From: Trichoplax adhaerens | Lineage: Eukaryota; Animalia; Placozoa | Length of the DNA: 64,000 bases | Assembly: GCF_000150275.1 (NCBI RefSeq) | Contig: NW_002060961.1 | Location: forward strand, 1,082,172-1,146,171 | Direction of reading: 5' to 3' | In this document: positions 1 to 15,216 of the stretch, one piece after another | How the letters are laid out: every line of letters begins with the position of its first letter | Position numbering within the stretch: the first letter of the stretch is position 1 | The notes under the pieces: model-generated | Databases searched by the model: none | Told to the model about the DNA's origin: nothing | Seen by the model: the letters and a program-made list of their open reading frames with translations, nothing else | Position numbers and translations under genes: made by a program

Positions 1-1033
1 ATTAAGATAAATTGATGATCGAACGAACAATTCTTATAACTACTCTTCTTTTACAAGGCGAATAACTACAGCAATGGCTGTTCACATTATCAAAATCCTG
101 CTTTCATTTAAAATACAGTACTTTAAATTATCCTAAGCTTATAAGCCAATGTAGACAATATATAATTTTCTTGGCTAATAAAAAGAGTATTGTTAGCGAC
201 TTCAGGCGGTATCCATAAATACGAAAGATTAAACTGTAGATACTTCGTAATAACCATGGGATGATTATCAGATGCTAGTAAAGAAAGTTAAAAAGTTGAA
301 CTTTTTTGTTGATACTATCCCTTCATTATTGTTTAAAATTAAAATGCTTTTGAATAGCAATTTAATTCACTAAATTTTAGATTATTATTACTCGACTTTA
401 CCAATGAAAAGGAAATCAATTTGTTCATTAAGCTGAATCAAACAACACAATTAATTCATTATAATTCAGTGCAATAATGAATTGACGTTAAAGTGGACTA
501 TTATTGCTAACACCTACACAATTTTAAAATAGATGAATTTCCTTTATATATATATATATTATTTTCCCTCTTCACCTATTATAGAACATCTTAACCCTTA
601 CGCTTCCTATAGTCCGTAAAAATTGAATGTATTCAGATCAATTTTATGTCATCGTTTACAATTATAGTTCATATTTTCTTTCATATTAACAACGTAAAAG
701 GAGTTATTTTTCAATGCCTAAACGATGAAAGTCAAATTGCTGGAATATACAAATTACAAATCCTCAATAAATGATATAGCAAGAAGCTTATAAGTAAAAT
801 AATAAAAATTTTAAAGCAATAATGAATCATTATAAATGACTAAAGAATGGTAGAATCAAATAATACATTATAATCAATGTGGCTTTTATGAATTCTTTAT
901 TAAAAGAGTTCAAACCGTTGTCGGTAATTTGCAATAGCTTTAGGAATGCAAATTTGCTACTCGTATTGATATCATTGATGTCATCATTGAATGCAAATAT
1001 TTTCTCTTCACTTTGACCAAAGACCATGATATT
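1..1033 (-). pseudogene. Possible degraded receptor guanylyl cyclase (kinase-homology/catalytic domain) fragments, truncated by window edge
   Basis: AG-preceded minus-strand segments translate to LLQITDNGLNSF (cf. VLKITDYGLESF), IIVNDDIKL (602-717, ends at a GTAAGG donor; cf. ILENDDIKLD), YLWIPPEV (~122-274; cf. LWTAPEL) and DFDNV (1-97; cf. FDSVT). Stops and frameshifts are present and the motif order is imperfect. Confidence 0.3.
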
Positions 1034-3966
1034 CTAAAAACAAAATTAAAATACTGCATCTATTGATCTGGTATAGGAATAACACCCCTTTTCCATTCAA
1101 GTTGTTTTGATCTTAAATGGCTGTAGACAATACCGAAATTATTTGATAAAAATCCAAATAGTATTTGCTTTACTTTGTTTCAAGCTGATATTGCAGCCGT
1201 TAAAACTGTCAAAACTACCTCTATCTTAATCATTTCTATGATCAACTTCTCAGAATTACACTTCACTCTTTAAATCGTACAGCGAATTTTGAAAGAGACT
1301 TAAATCATATTCTCTGTATTGCTCAACTATCTTCAGAAAACAGCGTTATTCCAAGAAATAATTGTAATAACATTATTAATATCAATATAGCAAAAATATA
1401 GAATTATTGATCAGATTTTAATCCCTCATTCTAATTAATATCAACTCATTGGACAATTAGAAGTCGCTTTTTACACAAATATTCTCAAGATCTGCCTCAA
1501 AGTAAGTTAACTTCATACTATTCATGTCTGAATTGTTTTTGATTAGAAGGATTTCAACATCCAAAATATCAACTTTATTTTATCAGTTCTTTACCTTTCA
1601 ACATCATGATGCAATTTATAACTAAAATAGCAATACTCTATATAGTAGATGTCTTTAATGTTGGATTTAGTGGTAGCGATTAAGGCTAGACAAATCTGAC
1701 ATACCGCAGCACCTAGTTCAATTTAGCGTATAGCTCAATAAGGTGTAATTATTAACAACTTCTGTCTAGCTAAAATTTTAGATTGTATAATGTGGTCCGA
1801 GAAATCATTTTCAGAAAATATTTGTTCAAAATTTTTGATAGGAATAGTTGATAAAATACGGCTAATAGTCTACAAACAGAAAATAAATTACTTTGCTGGC
1901 TTAAAATAATTCAAGATTTTCTGATATTATACGAGTATTGTCACGAAATTTGATATTTCTCATATTCTCCAAGTATCTGTTGTATTGCTTGGTTACTACA
2001 GTAAGAAAGATCAAAATTGCCAGTAAATTGATAATATTACCATAAAATATGAATGAAAATTTTACTAATCGTATGCAATTAACTGTTTTGCTCAGAACTA
2101 GATGAATGATATATACTATAACAGTTATGAGTGAGAAATTAGCGTAACATCTTTTTTCACTAAATCTATTAAACCGGACATTTAAGGCGCTACTATTGTG
2201 CTACTTGAAGAAGTAATTTACCCAATGCTGACTATTTTATCTTGCTTAATAGAAATAGTTTCATCGCAATTACTGTGATGCTATACAATGTTTAATAATA
2301 GGTCAGAATAAAACGGATTTTCATGTCTAATAAAGGTATTTTATAAAGGACTAAAGAAAGAAAATACTTTCGAGTTAAGTGCTTATCAGTTCATAAAGTT
2401 TGATTGAAGATCAGTACTGTCCACATCGTAATGTCGAGTTTTGAGTGTAGATAGGCTGAAATGGCGTTACTCTTCGATTTTAGTCACGAACTGAGAAACA
2501 TTAACGACATGGAAAGGATGCTAGTGCCTCATTTTGTAGATGATCCATACTATCCAATATTAATTACTACAAGTGCAACATCTTATTGCGTAGAATGCTA
2601 GCTCATGAAGGTGTGAGAGTTTTAATAAAACTCAGATCATCTCAAACCGAATCTTATTTTAATTTTACTATCTTCGGAAGATTGATGGTAATATAGGCAA
2701 ATATTTATTGTTATCACCGGTGAAATAATACAATCAGTGCAATATCAACATTATATTGCTAAGCATGAATAATTTTTATTTGCTTCTTACTAATAAACTC
2801 ATTTCGGTAAAAATAATTTATAAACACCTTATGAAGTTAATTATCATCTTTAAGGCTTGCTTAAAAATTTAGTTCCAATTTTAATTCATCTCTTCCAACA
2901 TTTACAATTGAAATTATTAGAGTTTTTTTGGCTATAACATGAGTGTTCCTACGATAATTCATTAGTAATTACCAAAATTGAAACGATGTATAGCTGTTTA
3001 AGCATGAATAATGATACGCAAAAGATGATTCTTGAATGACTCTTTCTTATTAAAAAATTTCATAATATAATTGTATCAATTTGGCCTACATACGGGATCA
3101 CAGATGCTCAAACAAAGTACACTATTTTTTATTTATTACTTCTTTGCGCTGATTAATTATCGATAGAAACTAAAGATTAGTTGTCTAGATAGCAATTCAG
3201 AACTGAATTTGGACTTCTGTAAACTTACAAACTCACCCAATACCGAGATAAAGGAATCTTAAAATTTTAAATTACATAGGTGTGATTTCATTGGTAGTTA
3301 TAGCGAAACTGTAATTTTATTGGGCCACCTTTAAAAATCTTCCTGAAGTGCAATATTGACAATCGCTTCACTAACATTCACGTTCCTTCTTTCATGATGA
3401 TCTTGCAGCCTCTATTATTAAAACAATCTGGGTTACGTTATCTAATCTAAATAGGATGCTATTATGAAATGAATAAATTATCTTTCCTTTTACAATCGCT
3501 AATTGCAATTTCATTTTACTATGTATAGGTGAATGATTCTAATCGTAAACAATGGAAGATAAAAAAATGTTTTTCTAATAGCTATTGGTCCCATTTAGCT
3601 TGATTATCAACATCCGTCATCCTTTAATTTCAATCTTCCATCGGATAAAAATCATTATAGAAGTATGCTTTTGTTATTATATTCAAAGTGGCAAAACAAG
3701 ATCGAAAAATACTGATCATAAATTTATAGATTTAGGAGCTGGTTCAATAATAATAATCTATTATCACATAGGCTTTATCAATACTTTTAGCCATAATGCA
3801 TTCATGTATAATATTGTATTATAGATCAATTTTCAAATGCAAAGCTCTATATTCTATTACAATAGGTATATAGGATTTATTTTCTGTTGTATGCAATTAT
3901 TAATCTTCTATTTTTATTTAAAATAGATCATTTTTCAAGACATCGCCTGTTGACAGCACGTACACG

Positions 3967-5361
3967 ATGAACGAAATACCTAGTCAAGAAAGCCAACTTA
4001 TTCGAACTGTTATTATGTCTGTTAGTTATTTAATTGTCGTGCTGATCGCTATACCTGGCAATATTTTTATTATTTACGCAATCGTAATTAATCGGAATAC
4101 ATCGATGTCCTCATCGACATTTCGACTGATATTAAATTCCGCGATAGCTGATTTGGCTTTTGCTGTATGTGCATTACCATGCACATACATGGAGGACACA
4201 TATGATAACTGGTATTTAGGTGAATTTATGTGCCTAGTCATGCGCTCAACAGCAATTATCTTAATTACTGCGTCTATTCTCTCCATGACATTTATTGCAA
4301 TCGATCGATGCATTACTATGATTTACAGTAGCAGCTGGTTACAATCGCGTTGTCGTCTTACTAATAACGCACTAACAATTATTTATGTGATCATCATTTG
4401 GTTGATATCGATTGCCACAGCGGTACCACAATATACAATTATCGAATATCGCGGCCTAACATCGATTGGAGGACCATTTTGTTACTTTGGTTTAAGCAAT
4501 TTACGGCGCTTTCGTTACTATTTCCTCCTCTTTCCGATCATTTGCTTTTTAATTCCAGTAATAGTTATGATATCATGCTATGCTGCCATCGCTTATTACT
4601 TATTACGACGTAATCATCAATCATCTTTAGGCAGTCAACAAAAATGCAATAATAACAGAATTAAATATTCAAATTCAGCACTATCAGCAAATCGTTCAGT
4701 TTCTACATCCAAAAAATCGAAAGTCCATCAGCGCGATATCAATGTCATCCGAATGTTAATTGCCACAGTAGTAACATTTCTAATCTTTTGGCTGCCCTAT
4801 AACATCTTCGTTGTCTATTTTAATGCTTTACCAGAACTCATTGACCAGGCCAGATTTAATAATAAGTATCAATTCATATTAATACCTGTCATGAAATTCT
4901 TAGGGTGTTGCCACTGTTGTCATAATCCTATCATCTATTTAATATTCAATAAAAATTTTCAAGCCACATTTTTCAAGATTCGATGGATTAATTATATGAC
5001 ACGATGTTGCATATCAGCTAGAGTTTGCAGATCTGTTAACGTACTGCAACCAGGAACGACAACAGCAACTACATCTAATCAGAAATTTAACGTAACTGAC
5101 GATCGCGATCGACGTTTAACATCGATGGAAAATATCTGGCGAGATATATGTACATCACATCGTTCAGAGCCTAAAGTATCAAATGCCTACGCTAGTCAAT
5201 ATCATCAAGAATTGCGTAATCAAAATGGGCTGAAAATGTTGAGCAGCCACGGACAAATGAAATACCAAGTAACAGAATATAATGGAATGCAAGACGAGGA
5301 GCTTCATGGCGCATTGCTGAGGGATAATTTGGCGAATAGCCAAGATCAAACCGTAGTTTAA
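3967..5361 (+). CDS. Rhodopsin-like (class A) GPCR, neuropeptide-receptor-like (tachykinin/RYamide/RFamide-type motifs)
   Basis: 464-aa ORF with 7 hydrophobic segments and the motifs GN (TM1), SAIAD (TM2), WYLGEFMC (ECL1/C3.25), DRC, FLIFWLPY and HCCHNPIIY. A splice acceptor (tttattta-aaatag) ends at 3926, just upstream. Confidence 0.93.
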   Translation: MNEIPSQESQLIRTVIMSVSYLIVVLIAIPGNIFIIYAIVINRNTSMSSSTFRLILNSAIADLAFAVCALPCTYMEDTYDNWYLGEFMCLVMRSTAIILITASILSMTFIAIDRCITMIYSSSWLQSRCRLTNNALTIIYVIIIWLISIATAVPQYTIIEYRGLTSIGGPFCYFGLSNLRRFRYYFLLFPIICFLIPVIVMISCYAAIAYYLLRRNHQSSLGSQQKCNNNRIKYSNSALSANRSVSTSKKSKVHQRDINVIRMLIATVVTFLIFWLPYNIFVVYFNALPELIDQARFNNKYQFILIPVMKFLGCCHCCHNPIIYLIFNKNFQATFFKIRWINYMTRCCISARVCRSVNVLQPGTTTATTSNQKFNVTDDRDRRLTSMENIWRDICTSHRSEPKVSNAYASQYHQELRNQNGLKMLSSHGQMKYQVTEYNGMQDEELHGALLRDNLANSQDQTVV

Positions 5362-8300
5362 GCAAATCTTTTATAATTGCTATAATTCATTAAATCGAGT
5401 TGCATTCCACTGAAGCTAAAATTCTATAAAGTTAATTAAAAGCTGAAGCTGAGCAAAGTTGAACTCTTACGCAAAATCAAAGAATGAAGAATACATATAT
5501 CAGTAACTAAGGTGGCAACTCTTTCCAAGAAATACTGTACGTGCAAGAAGCAAAATACATATGATTTCCTGAAAGTGAATTTTGATTAATGATAAATTAT
5601 TTATAGAAAATCAAAGAGTATTATTAATAGCGATGATTTAGCAAGATTAGATTTCTTTCTTTTTCTTAATTCTAAAGTCTGATAAATAAGCTTTCCATTA
5701 GTTATATTTGAACTTTTATTTCAGTAATATACTGTACGCGAACACAGAAGTGAAGTCCTTACTTAAGAAAATAGTAACTAAGAATGAATTTTCTCTTATA
5801 GCAATAATCTTCTCCCTTGCTAAAGCACTATTCCTTTTAATTATTTGTACAATAAATAATCATGATGGATTAATAATTCAGGCGTGATCATCAAAGCTAA
5901 AGAAGAGAATGGCACCTTAGAGGAATATAATATCCTGATATTTATTGATGAGCATGGTTGAAGAATCAGAACCATAATGGTGTATTGCAAAATTTTCGTT
6001 CATTATTATTTCTCACTAATAACTACGAGACCAGAATCGTCTATTATCACCATAGAGATTCTTTTATATAAATTCTAAACGCACGTGTGTATTTTTCCTA
6101 AATAGACATCATATATTGTACCGTACAAGTAGAAAATTTTCTACGAGTTATTATAGTATAAATTATTGGGCTGCTACAGGTAAAGCAGTATAACAAATTG
6201 TAAGTGAAAAGAATGTTTTAGTATAATTAATTACGAGTAAGACATTTTCTGTATTAGATATTTAAAATTATTGATGAGCAGCTAGAGTAGAGTAAAGAGC
6301 ACCAAAATAAACTGCATACATTAATAATAATTTAACCATCTTTCATAGTTACTTCAACTTCATGAATTCTGTAGTATCCAGTACAGTAGAAATAAAATAT
6401 CAAGTGTTAATTTAACTTTAAATTTTTATCGTCAATATTATAAATTTCTGTCTTGTATATATCTAAATGAATGATATCAAATTAATAAAATATCAAAGGT
6501 ATTCGTGTGATATAAAAAAAGAAACTGTAAATGTAATTCTGAAGACTCTCATGGCCAAAACTATGTTATAGCCATACTGACTTTGAATAATTAAGCTTTG
6601 TATAACCGTATTTAGACTTTATTAAAATTTAATCCCGAGTTCAAGCCACGTCAGTATCTTGGATTCTACAGTGCGGAATGGATACGAAAATTTATGGGGC
6701 AGTTCATACATGGGGCTCTTAGACATCGTACTTTTTATACTTATTGTAAGGCTTATAAACTTGAAATATCAGCAGTCTTTCTAGCCAATGATCATTGTGA
6801 AAATATTAGTGCATCTCCTGCAATTGTTAATAAATTTATCCAAATACCAAACGCACTAAATAGAGCTTTGCTTACGAGTTATTTAAAGCTAATAAATCAA
6901 TATATCCCAATATTCTACCATTCTATGAAGAGAATTATGACTAGTCAATGTATGTTTGATGCTTCTTCCTTACTAGAATATCATAACTAAATGAAAGAAT
7001 ATAATTTTCCTGAACTAATCGTATTATTGCCATAGGACAATACCTTAACAGCATATTATACTTGCGCTGATTGCCAAGAAACGTTTAAAAATTAATATAG
7101 AGAAATTAATTTTTTGGCATAAATGATCTCGTCTTGCTAGAGTTGAATAACATTTTTTGAAGGAGCGAAATTATCATTAATTATCAGTACATAATCAAGA
7201 TCTTTCTGTAACAGAAGCTTAGGTAAAATTGCCTGAGTTACGGAGTGCTGCTGATTTACTGTAATAGAAGAGATGGATATTGGCTGTCGATCTAATAACT
7301 AAATGACTGAGATTTATAAAGTAAATTTTTATTTACATTTGACATTAAAAAGTCCGTTTAAATAATATAGAAGCTATGTTAGCGGAGCTTAATCAAAACC
7401 AGTTACTCACGGCAACTCCATTAAGTCGAGATTAGTATGACAGTGAAGGCTCCTTTGATGAGCCAAAGTTTCTTAAATTTAAATTGAGACAGTTGTCCCT
7501 TTAAATGAGAAGCACAGCATGGCTATTAATGTGTAGTTATCTCGAAAACTGAAGCTTAGGAATGTTTCGCTTTGAATTATAGTAGAGAATATGTTTTGTA
7601 AATCGAAATTGCTCGTAAGAACAAAGGGTTATTTTAGCATTATTCCATATTTCATTATTGGAGGATCATTTTGAAGGGTAAGCTCTTGAAATTTGCACTA
7701 ATCCTCCACTAATATTCTAGTAGCACAAAGTGACAGAAAATCACAACCGGAGATTAATGGGGAGGTCTAACTAGCAAGTTAGTTTAAATTTACTGACAAA
7801 GACAAAGCCAAAGTGTTCAGTAATACAATGGATGATTTATTTAGAATACCTCAAAGTGCTATAGATAATCGATTAATAAGCCACTAAAGTAAATTTCAGG
7901 AGGTTATTTTTGGAATCTGAATTTTTAATTCGTGCGACAATAATTATAATTAGAAATTGGTATCGGCAAATAATACAATATTGAAGTTTAGGCGATGTAA
8001 TACTGAATATAAGAAAGTCATTAGAATTGGTCATTTAAGCTATATCGATTCTATTAAGATATCATTGGTGGCTAGAAATTATTGAGTGGAAACATCGTAA
8101 CGCTTTTTTAATATTAAAGGGTTTGATTATTGTACAGAAGGCTTCCTAAAATTGAACAACCATTTCTACTGTAGATATGCTTGATTTGTTATTTGCTCAT
8201 ATATGGCCTTTTTTTTCTTACATTCTAATATACCATTTCCAGGCATTGTGAATCCCATATTGTTGAGTTCTCAGCTAAACTGATCTCGAGATTGTCTTTT

Positions 8301-11300
8301 TTTATTTGGTTCGGTATTAGTGAAATTTAAGCAGTTTCACTTCAAAATATATCTACAAGGCTACTTTAAGAATAGAAAGACACGTGAATTAATTTGGTTG
8401 AGTTATTGTGATGTAAGTATAAGAAAATTTTTAAATTCCTTAGGCTTTACCGTGATTAGCTGCTTATTTAAAAATTATTCTTAGTCAATTAACATGTAAA
8501 TTTCGTGATAATTAATATAATTACCAGTATTGACAGTGATAACATCTATAAAAACTATTATTACTGAAAGTAAAAATTATTAATTAACCAAAGTAAATAG
8601 TAACATAAATCATAACTACTATCTCCAATCTAAAGCTAAATCTAGCGAAGGACTTGATTACATTGCAGATTTATCTATTGATAACAACTTTTCTCCATAT
8701 TAAGATTTTTAACAAGGCTAAAATCCAATTGCAACACAATACATTTTTAAAGATGACTTTTATGTATTATGTTATATGTACACCATAAATAGCAATAAAT
8801 TTATTGACAACATTCCGAATATTTAACATGGGCAAGTTATATGAAACCTCAAATTTTATCTATTTTACTAGTAATAACAACTATTACTTCAACAAAACTG
8901 TGTCTAATACCTTTAAAGTAACTAACAATATCAGCTACCGAACTTTCATGTTATATTTAGGATGAAAGGTATACAGGTGTATTTCCTTAATAGAAAATTA
9001 ATTACTGGCATTCCTTTTCATTGTTATCTTATTTGAATTTCATGCTCACGTATATTTTAAAATAACAAGGCTAAGATATTGTTTAGTTCTTGCTTACGTG
9101 CAATCTACAATCTATCGATTTCATTATATGGCTCTTAGAGTCATATTTTCAAAGTCAATAGCTGTTGGACAATGATAATTTCATTATTGCGAACAGGTAT
9201 AAAGTGATTGATTTATCTACAATGTGTAGAATAAAATATTTTTCATACTATAGATTACCGTATTATATCATCAACTTAAACCTTGATACTTTAACTAGTG
9301 TGGAAAATAATACTTGAAACTTTTCACGTGAACATCTATATTGTAACTAGGCTAGAGATTAAGGCTGCCTGATGCTGTTCCTGATAATCCTTGTCGATAT
9401 ATCGGATCTAGTAAGGTATTTCTAGCGATGCAGTTTTTGCTACCGGCGGAAATTTAAGTTCTTTGAAGAGATACCGCACCGTAAGTAGTAAAATACGTGA
9501 ACATATTGATAATTTACTTTCTTATTCAAAGCCCGCTACGGAAAATTTTCAATGTCTGGTATTTTAAGTGTAATTGCTGCAGTTATCCTTTTCTATAAGT
9601 AGTTACTGCAAATTTAAAATTGTACAAAAGAAGGTTAGTTGTCACTCTCTTGATTCGATAACTAAGGGCTACTATTGAGTACCTAATACTACAGTATTAT
9701 ACAGAGAAATTAATACTAATAAGTTTATGTCAGCATGCTTTAACAAAGGACATCGCACTTATAGTCTGTTGAATCATGGCTTTAGAAATTTAATACTTTA
9801 TAGATATCTTGACAAAAAAGAATCTAAATTTTGCTATTAGTTAGCAAAATTTATAGAGTCAGTATTCTCTTTGATAAACATGTCTAAATTTAGATCCCTT
9901 TGTTAATAATCCTTTATAATTACAAGGTCATTTTTAATAATTATGATGTCGATATATTAGTACTGGCCCTAAGTGGAACAGTGGGATAGTCTGTTCGTCG
10001 AATGTTCGATAGGAATGCTTTGATGGATAAAAAAAGTAAAGGAAGAAATTATTACTTACCCATTGTAGATATGCTTTCAGTAATTAATCATAAAAGATCT
10101 TAATCTCTGAAAGGCAACGTAACGACAGCTATATTTTCTGTTTCAAACCTGGAAATGAATTTTATTGATATGGAGGCTAAGATTTTGCTGTTTATAGAAT
10201 TGGCAGCAAAATTTTTAGCAGGATTGAACACTCAAAGATATTTACTCGTTACTATGTCATCATGTTTATTTATGAAGACTTACCTCGCCTATTTGTTTGT
10301 ATTCGAGGGTTCTGACATTAATGTTAATTGGACGTCGATGGTTACCTTTGACAATGTAAGCATTTTAATCTATCGCACTATATGTGTTTTATTCTAAATA
10401 AACTTCAACTTGAATGACTGATGTACGATATTGCGATATTGTAGGTAAAGCTTTTCTTTTAGCAATTAAACAAATCAGAAATTAGTATGCTTGAAAATAA
10501 AATCAAGACTATTTCTAATCGGTTTATATATATATGAAGTAGCCTAATGAAAGCCGATAGTAATAATGTATCCGTTTAGGCTATTTTATTTCGGAGTGAT
10601 TCTAATGAGGATGATTTTATTACTGATTGTCAACTATATTTCGTGTGCTAGTCTTTAATAATGCCTATATACGGCTTGTATTTTCTATAGAAGCTTTAAA
10701 GGTCAGTATATGCACCAGCAAGACGAAAATATCATTTGGGTAAGGACAGTTTTTGATTGACCATATCGAATGGAGGATTATTAAGTGAAAACTGGAAACT
10801 ATGGATATCTAATATCAATATGTAAATTATTTTGTATCGTATTCTTAGTATCGATATGATAATGTGAAAAATAGCGTTAGTCTTATTAATATTAAGCAAA
10901 TTTATTACGTCAATAAATATTGATAGCTTGTGCTTTTGTTTCCGGTATGTAGGTTTAGTAATTGAAATACTGGAATAAAAATGGCATTACACACGTTAAA
11001 TGAAATAATTTTTTACTAATGCGCTTGTATATATATACCTTGTCTATAGTTTTGCAATACCTAATATGGTTTGAAGTTTTTCCTGTTAATTTTGATTCGA
11101 CTAAATATATAGATGATAGATTCCAGTAAATAAGTTCTTTTCACTCTATGTTTAAGACTATACACTGTATAGTATACAGTACCGTATCTATCTATCTTTG
11201 GTGTTTTTACATGGTATAATTGTGACTTAACATTTGCCAATACTCTGAATTTAACGCATTGAATGTCTAAACGATCAGGTGGTTGATACCCACATGGTGA

Positions 11301-14300
11301 TATATAGTATTTGAACTAAACTAATAAAAATTGTAGGCTGAAAAAGTATGTACTTATTTTATTCTCGCGGTTTTCATATTGTTACCTAAGATAGATAATA
11401 AGTTTCAATCGAATTTTACCGTATGAGTTAGAACAGTGTTGGTATTTGTATCAACATAAATATAGAAATGCACATGTATTAAAATACGATAGCGTTAAAA
11501 TTGGGCCATAAAAATTCACAGTGGCAATTTTAACTTTTAATTCGAGTGTATCATCACGTTTTCACTATCCTGTTTAGTTTTATTTCAGGTAAAATAAGTA
11601 TTTAAAAGATATCAAGTAATAATATCGATTGAAATAATAAGGATACTGTTCTCGATCAAGTTATTGTTTCACATATGGCTATATGTATGAAAGGTATCTT
11701 AGCAGCACTCTTTCTCAGTAGACATACAAATTTATGACCTTATGTATTTGTTATAATATTGCCTGAGAATACTGAATGACTAATTTCAACTTTGTTCAAA
11801 AAAATAATTACGTTTCCAGGCAGTGGTATACCAATGACATTGGAAAAGGGTTCTATTGCATTATCCTAGGTTTTAGAAGCAACAGAACGTTATTGAACAG
11901 AACTAGCTTTGTTTTAGCTTCACTGTTTCCGTTGTGCAAGCTACGTCTTTGCTGCTGGTCAATGTCTGATGTTAAGATCATTATGCACGTATTTAGCCGA
12001 TGGCGGTTAACTGTCTACACGTTGAACTGTTGCTTGTTACAATAACGCTGGAATTAGCGGCTATTCTGATCTCATTTGCCAACAGCATGCGATGTACTTG
12101 TCCCTTTTATGAATCTGATCCCTAATAGCGAACACTGTGCTGTATATGAGTCTTATAAAATTTTACACCAATCTACTAACGAAAGCGATAACGTTAGTTT
12201 TCGTACCATATCCATTACTTTTGATTAAAGATTTCCAAACTGTGTTACTGTACTAACCTATACTCATTCATCAATTTTATGAGCTTAGTTGTATTTAAAA
12301 CATAAAAAATTCACGTTTGTATGTATTCGTTCCTGGAGCAACATGGAGACCGCATTGTTGTATACTTACATTGAAAGTAATGTAAGTGCTACAATAGTTC
12401 ATTGATCGCCGCATAAATAATCATATTAGTAGATCCTTTTGGAGTAATTGGATGTTTACGGCAGATTAATTATTGATAATTTTTAGGAAATTTTTATACG
12501 TAAGTATTCTTTCTTTTTGCATGCTACGTGCATACAGTATGTATTGCTGTTATGCTTGATTATGAAATGAACAGCAAATTAGATTGTCGCAACTGAGACT
12601 ATTTACGACTACAAAAGTGAATTGAAAATTCCATTTATAATTATATTAGACAGGGTACAAGGACAATTTCTGCCTAGGGTCTATTCGGTATTGTTCAATA
12701 TCCTCTCGGTAATATTATTACAGTCATTGACTTTATTTATGTCGATATTATACTTTCTAGACAGTATTGTGCTAGGCTTGCAGTTGCAAGCATTGGATGC
12801 GTACTGGATAATTATTCCTTTCCTAAAAGTAAGCTTCTTCCATACACAGTCGGTTTAGTAAGGGAGGGTGTGGGGGGGGGGAAATCATTGCTTGCATATG
12901 AGTTCTACGCGTACAGTAAAAATTCTAGAATGTCTATCCATTATTACATTCGTGAAGAGGGGTAATACTGTGAAATTCTCTATTTTTCACAAACTATCTA
13001 GGTTTTACGTCCAATGTATACAGATTTGATTGCTATTGAGGTTAAGAATGATCAAATAGAAAATGTTATAGTGTTGCTATTAAAAATTGATCATTTTGTT
13101 TACGTCAAATGGAATATTGATCGATTTGATAGCCAAATGTAATGAAATAATTCCAATCAACTTTAAGGAGTTTGGGATTTCACAGATTTGATCTCTTCCA
13201 TACAATACAATCCTACTGTATTTGGTAGAAATAAATAGGATTTGCCCTGTAATAAAGCAACGTGATTACAAATTTGTAATATTTATTAATTAATGTAGGA
13301 GTTAAGGGGAATTTTCCATCGATTGTGTTTCACTTCAAACTAATTGTTACGGAAGTATTGTATATTATTCTATTGGGATTACTTGTTATTGACCATATTT
13401 TTGACTTTCAATTGCTCGAAAATCTAGACCTGGCGTCAACAGTGGCCATCATGGCTGTAATCATAAAGAGTAGTTACTTTCTTGTTTGATGACGTACCTT
13501 AGCACCATTTATTCGACGAAATTAACAAAAGTAGGCCATGTTATTTTCTTCATAATTAATTATTCATATTGGAAGGGAGTGATTAATTAATATGAGTAGA
13601 AGACAAGCACATTAGGTCAACAAGATTTTGTTGACAAAAGCTTATCGCTCTATCATCGATACGAGTACATCATGAATTCATAAATAGAAGAATCTCCTAT
13701 TGAACGAGGGTGAATAGAAATAAAAAAAATTGAAAAAATATTTTTATCATTGCATTCTCTAGGATTTACTGAGCATCTTAATCTAGTCAATTCATTACAC
13801 TACTGTAAGCACATTATACTTTAATGATTTATACCAGTTCAAGAAAATGAATTTATGATTAATCATGTTGAATAACTTAAAATGGTGCACTTTCAAAATT
13901 TTCTAGTATCATGAAGAACAAAAAAGTATGACTAACTTTAGATAATATACAGCAACGACTAAAACAACAATAAAAATCTAATTATGAAGTCAAAGCAATA
14001 CGATTGATTCCATTCTATAAATACAGTTGGGATATTTTGGTAGTTGGTTGATGAATGTGAACAATATTTTATGCAATTTCTTATATCTTGGACATAATCT
14101 TAACCATACGACAATAACTGAAAAAAGAAATTAAATTCAAAGCCTTGCTTTCCAACAGACAAATATGTAGAATTTTAGGACGATACCTTTCGTTGAGATT
14201 GATATTTAATCCATATTACGTATAACGAAAGTGATTTTATAGAGATGTGATATGATACATTATGCGATTATAACCAACATGAGAGAGTTGTTGACATACC

Positions 14301-15216
14301 CTATACAGTAATTGTAATTAGTTTTACGTTGTCCTTTACACTACCAATGGAATTATCAATATGTAGACATCAATTTGACATAGGGTCCAAAATATTATGT
14401 GGAATATTTCAGAAAAAGATTAATTATCATCTGACATGCAAATGTTTAAAATAAAAACAAAGGCATTTGTTTGTTCAAAATGAGAATGATCTTACTAGCA
14501 GTATTTTTAAAGCCATGTTTTCTAATTGAAGACGTCCTATGCCTCCTTGCAAATTACCATCTAACCGATGAAAAGTTGTCTTTTCTACCTAAAAGATAGG
14601 CTGACTAGTTGTCGTTTTCTTTTGGATATTATTCTTTAACGTTTACTTCGTCGTTCGTGATTGCATAGCCAATCTTGAAATGTTGTAAAATAGGGGTATG
14701 TACGGTTGCTGTATACGCCAATGGCACATAGATTGCTTAGTCATTGAATTGGTCGAATCCAAATTTTCGAACGCTGTTTTGCGAGTATCGGACTATGCTG
14801 TAATAGTCCGAAAGGAAATGGTAATGATGTAGTCGATTGGATATCATTACAGTGGATAGATCCACAGCATAGAAAGAAAGGGAATGAAATGTAAGGTATA
14901 AAAAAAAGTGGATCAAGATTGCGATGCAAGATGATAGGCGATTTTCAAGCAGTTCGATTGACATACTGATACAGCATCGATACATTAAGGCGATTTTGAG
15001 ACTTTAGGTATGGAAATGAAGTTGGTGACGCATGGATTGGAAGGTAAAGCAAATTTTCATTTCAACTCAGTTGGCCATCATTTATCGTTTCAACACTGTC
15101 CTGATACATGTAGTGGATGTGTTTATCACTGATAAGTATTGGAATACGGATTGGCAGTAGTGGCATCTAGAAAGTAATGAGCAAATCAAGACAGAGATTG
15201 ATTAATGTTGACTAGG

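Noticed and set aside
4074-4613. Short ORFs overlapping GPCR CDSs (also 15320-15505, 35636-35845, 52881-53111)
   Set aside because: Alternative-frame or antisense shadows of real coding sequence.
12862-12882. G-run GGGAGGGTGTG(G)n, potential G-quadruplex
   Set aside because: Isolated homopolymer-type tract with no supporting context.
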